A stretch of 64,000 bases of DNA, taken from NCBI GenBank assembly GCA_002269645.1, contig NIVC01002221.1, forward strand, positions 127,471 through 191,470. Reading direction: 5' to 3'. Below the pieces are notes generated by a model. That model was given only the letters and a program-made list of their open reading frames with translations. It did no database searches and had not been told where the DNA came from. The stretch's first letter is position 1, and each line of letters begins with the position of its first letter. This document shows positions 63,201 to 64,000 of this stretch, piece by piece. Origin of the DNA: Macrostomum lignano (Eukaryota). Both the position numbers and the translations under genes were made by a program.

Positions 63201-64000
63201 AGCCTGGGAGGAGCTGCAACTCGATATCTGCGGAGAGTTCAGAGCGGCGCCGCGTCACCAGCGATTCGCGATCGTGCTCATCGATCAGTTTAGCCGATGG
63301 CCAGAAGTCGCGCTCGTAGAATCGGTCACAACCAAGGTAGTCGTCGACTTCCTCGAGGTCATCTGGTCGAGGTGGGGCATCCCGAAAAGCATCACAACCG
63401 ACAATGGACCCCAGTTCGGCCGCGAGTTCGACGAGTACCTGGCGAGCCTGGCGATCGAACACAAGCGAACGGCAGTGTACTGTCCAGAACAAAACGGCAA
63501 CGTCGAGCGATTCAACCGCACTCTCGGCGAGGGCGTGACAGCGCACTTGGTCGCCGGGTGGAGCTTCTGCAAGGCCGTCCGAGCTGTCGTCGCGGCCTAT
63601 AGGGCGACCCCAACGCACGTCACGGGTTCGAGTCCACACGAGCTCATGACTGGCCGACCAATGCGCACCCCGCTGCTCGCACTCCAACCGGACTCGGAAG
63701 CCAAGCGGCCGACGTCGGCTCATGACCGGGTCGCCACGGCAAAGCAGCGAGCAAAGAGCGACACCGACCGTCGCGGCATGCATCGGCGACGCGGACGCGG
63801 TCATCCAAGACGGCTCCTGGGTGCACATCTCCAAGCCGGTGGCACCTGGCAAGCTGGAGCCGAAGCTCGCCGGGCCGTTCCGGGTTCGCAAGCGATTCAA
63901 GACAACTGTGCTGCTCGAAAACGGCAAGCGGTGGCACCTGCGGCGCTGCGTGCCGGCCGACCGGCAAAGGCAGCGACGACGACGGCGACGCGCAGCTCGA
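60247..64000 (+). CDS. Single gag-pol polyprotein frame with no stop seen before the window end; frameshift near 63770-63785
   Basis: Gag MADLSLNPPTPYLASPGEP..W; zinc knuckle CNNCNKPNHFAAVC; protease LDSGASVS; RT WVSNMV..RLCIDLR..SKLDMKTGY..PFGL..AVDDI; RNase H CDAS..GIGAVL..EKEAL..YTDH; integrase HEGH..WWP..CTAC, DNGPQF, NGNVERFNR. No frame-1 ORF appears in the track, consistent with no stop in the window. Confidence 0.95.
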   Translation, partial: MADLSLNPPTPYLASPGEPSCPWPRWKSQFAIYSTATELDKTSEARQMAVLRHCLGPEGQRQAESVEANDMKKLLEELDKIFVPNKSVIGARYRFRCREQRPGEPVQQFVRDLQQLAADCAFKDLTKEMVRDQLIEKTCMPRIRERLLMEPDDLTLEKSLQLANQIETAINEAKVLNGTSGASQKTVHAVSKQKVRAKPKTRKDSEKCRRCGGDYSKEHKCPAMGKKCNNCNKPNHFAAVCRSKTVATVGEEVSTILQVANQDPTAVHNIECAVRDELLTLTLDSGASVSVISMSDFQRVRRHATKGSGTPARLVAYGGSHIRTYGTATLPITFKDKTASVCFQVAEGSLSLLGRSDFPKFGVSLQINHLGDEGSKPQDSFKDLFGPIRRAKGIVHRPKLKLDAHPVIQARRKIPLAMKEAVKAELDRMEAEKIIEKISASAWVSNMVIAPKSDGRIRLCIDLRDVNKAIVADAYPTPTIDELAAEFRGSQVFSKLDMKTGYLQFELHHDSRYLTAFITDEGLYQFCRVPFGLSSAAGFFQKAMARILQGLPGTVNAVDDILVHGKTKKEHDDNLSRTLERLRENNIVLNDKCVFAQPAVDFHGFRISGNGIQAIDSYVKAIKETSQPSNTKEAAAFLGATNFYSRFVHAYSETTEPIRRLLRKDEPWSWGPEQDGAFQKIKRQLTMAPVLKAFDPKSETIIRCDASAHGIGAVLAQIQLGEEHPIAYSSRPSLHRERNYSVGEKEALAVVWAVEKWHLFTYGRPVTVYTDHSTLSTLLTAGSQGVRPLRILRWTERLRAYPLVTIRYVRGRDNTIADLLSRQQPNVQEDPQSNTDDQEIGRILMAQLAPAVNLDEVRQETASDKVLQAVSRFIKEGWPASKQLAPELQAYYRAKDELYLFGDGCVARGQATVIPATLQNRVLNMAHEGHHGIVRTKQRCRSAAWWPGIDKDIESAVKDCTACALAGKASRPSVPPMTITSTPAGAWEELQLDICGEFRAAPRHQRFAIVLIDQFSRWPEVALVESVTTKVVVDFLEVIWSRWGIPKSITTDNGPQFGREFDEYLASLAIEHKRTAVYCPEQNGNVERFNRTLGEGVTAHLVAGWSFCKAVRAVVAAYRATPTHVTGSSPHELMTGRPMRTPLLALQPDSEAKRPTSAHDRVATAKQRAKSDTDRRGMHRRRGRGHPRRLLGAHLQAGGTWQAGAEARRAVPGSQAIQDNCAARKRQAVAPAALRAGRPAKAATTTATRSS

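Larger units (their letters stand above)
60031..64000 (+). mobile_element. Ty3/Gypsy LTR retrotransposon (Mag-like), truncated by the window end
   Basis: LTR, PBS, and gag-PR-RT-RNaseH-IN domain order. Confidence 0.95.

Noticed and set aside
62443-63927. 494-aa ORF on the minus strand
   Set aside because: It is the antisense shadow of the GC3-rich pol frame and has no recognisable motifs.

Overview
Eukaryotic (metazoan) genomic DNA with GC-rich exons, AT-rich spacers and introns filled by locus-specific minisatellites. This pattern suggests a Macrostomum-like flatworm (inference only). Six spliced host genes can be reconstructed by hand: PDE6D (-), a receptor tyrosine phosphatase with EGF/FN3 ectodomain and two degenerate PTP domains (-, 4198-21535), a secreted 2xSRCR-ZP protein (+), PDE9 (+), a class A peptide-receptor-like GPCR with no visible TM7 (+), and an ITCH/WWP/Su(dx)-type HECT ligase with only two WW domains (-). 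Mobile DNA includes a structurally complete P-element (33-bp perfect TIRs, 8-bp TSD, spliced THAP transposase) in an RPTP intron, a Ty3/Gypsy element (5' LTR, PBS, and a single gag-pol frame that runs off the window and is absent from the ORF track) 275 bp upstream of the HECT gene, and several MITE/foldback/SINE-like elements. I found no clearly new biological system. The best leads are the near-intact P-element, the probable pseudophosphatase receptor with an apparent alternative stalk-anchored isoform, the compact two-WW HECT ligase and a 12x CSL-site array. All exon coordinates were read manually and need RNA-seq confirmation.
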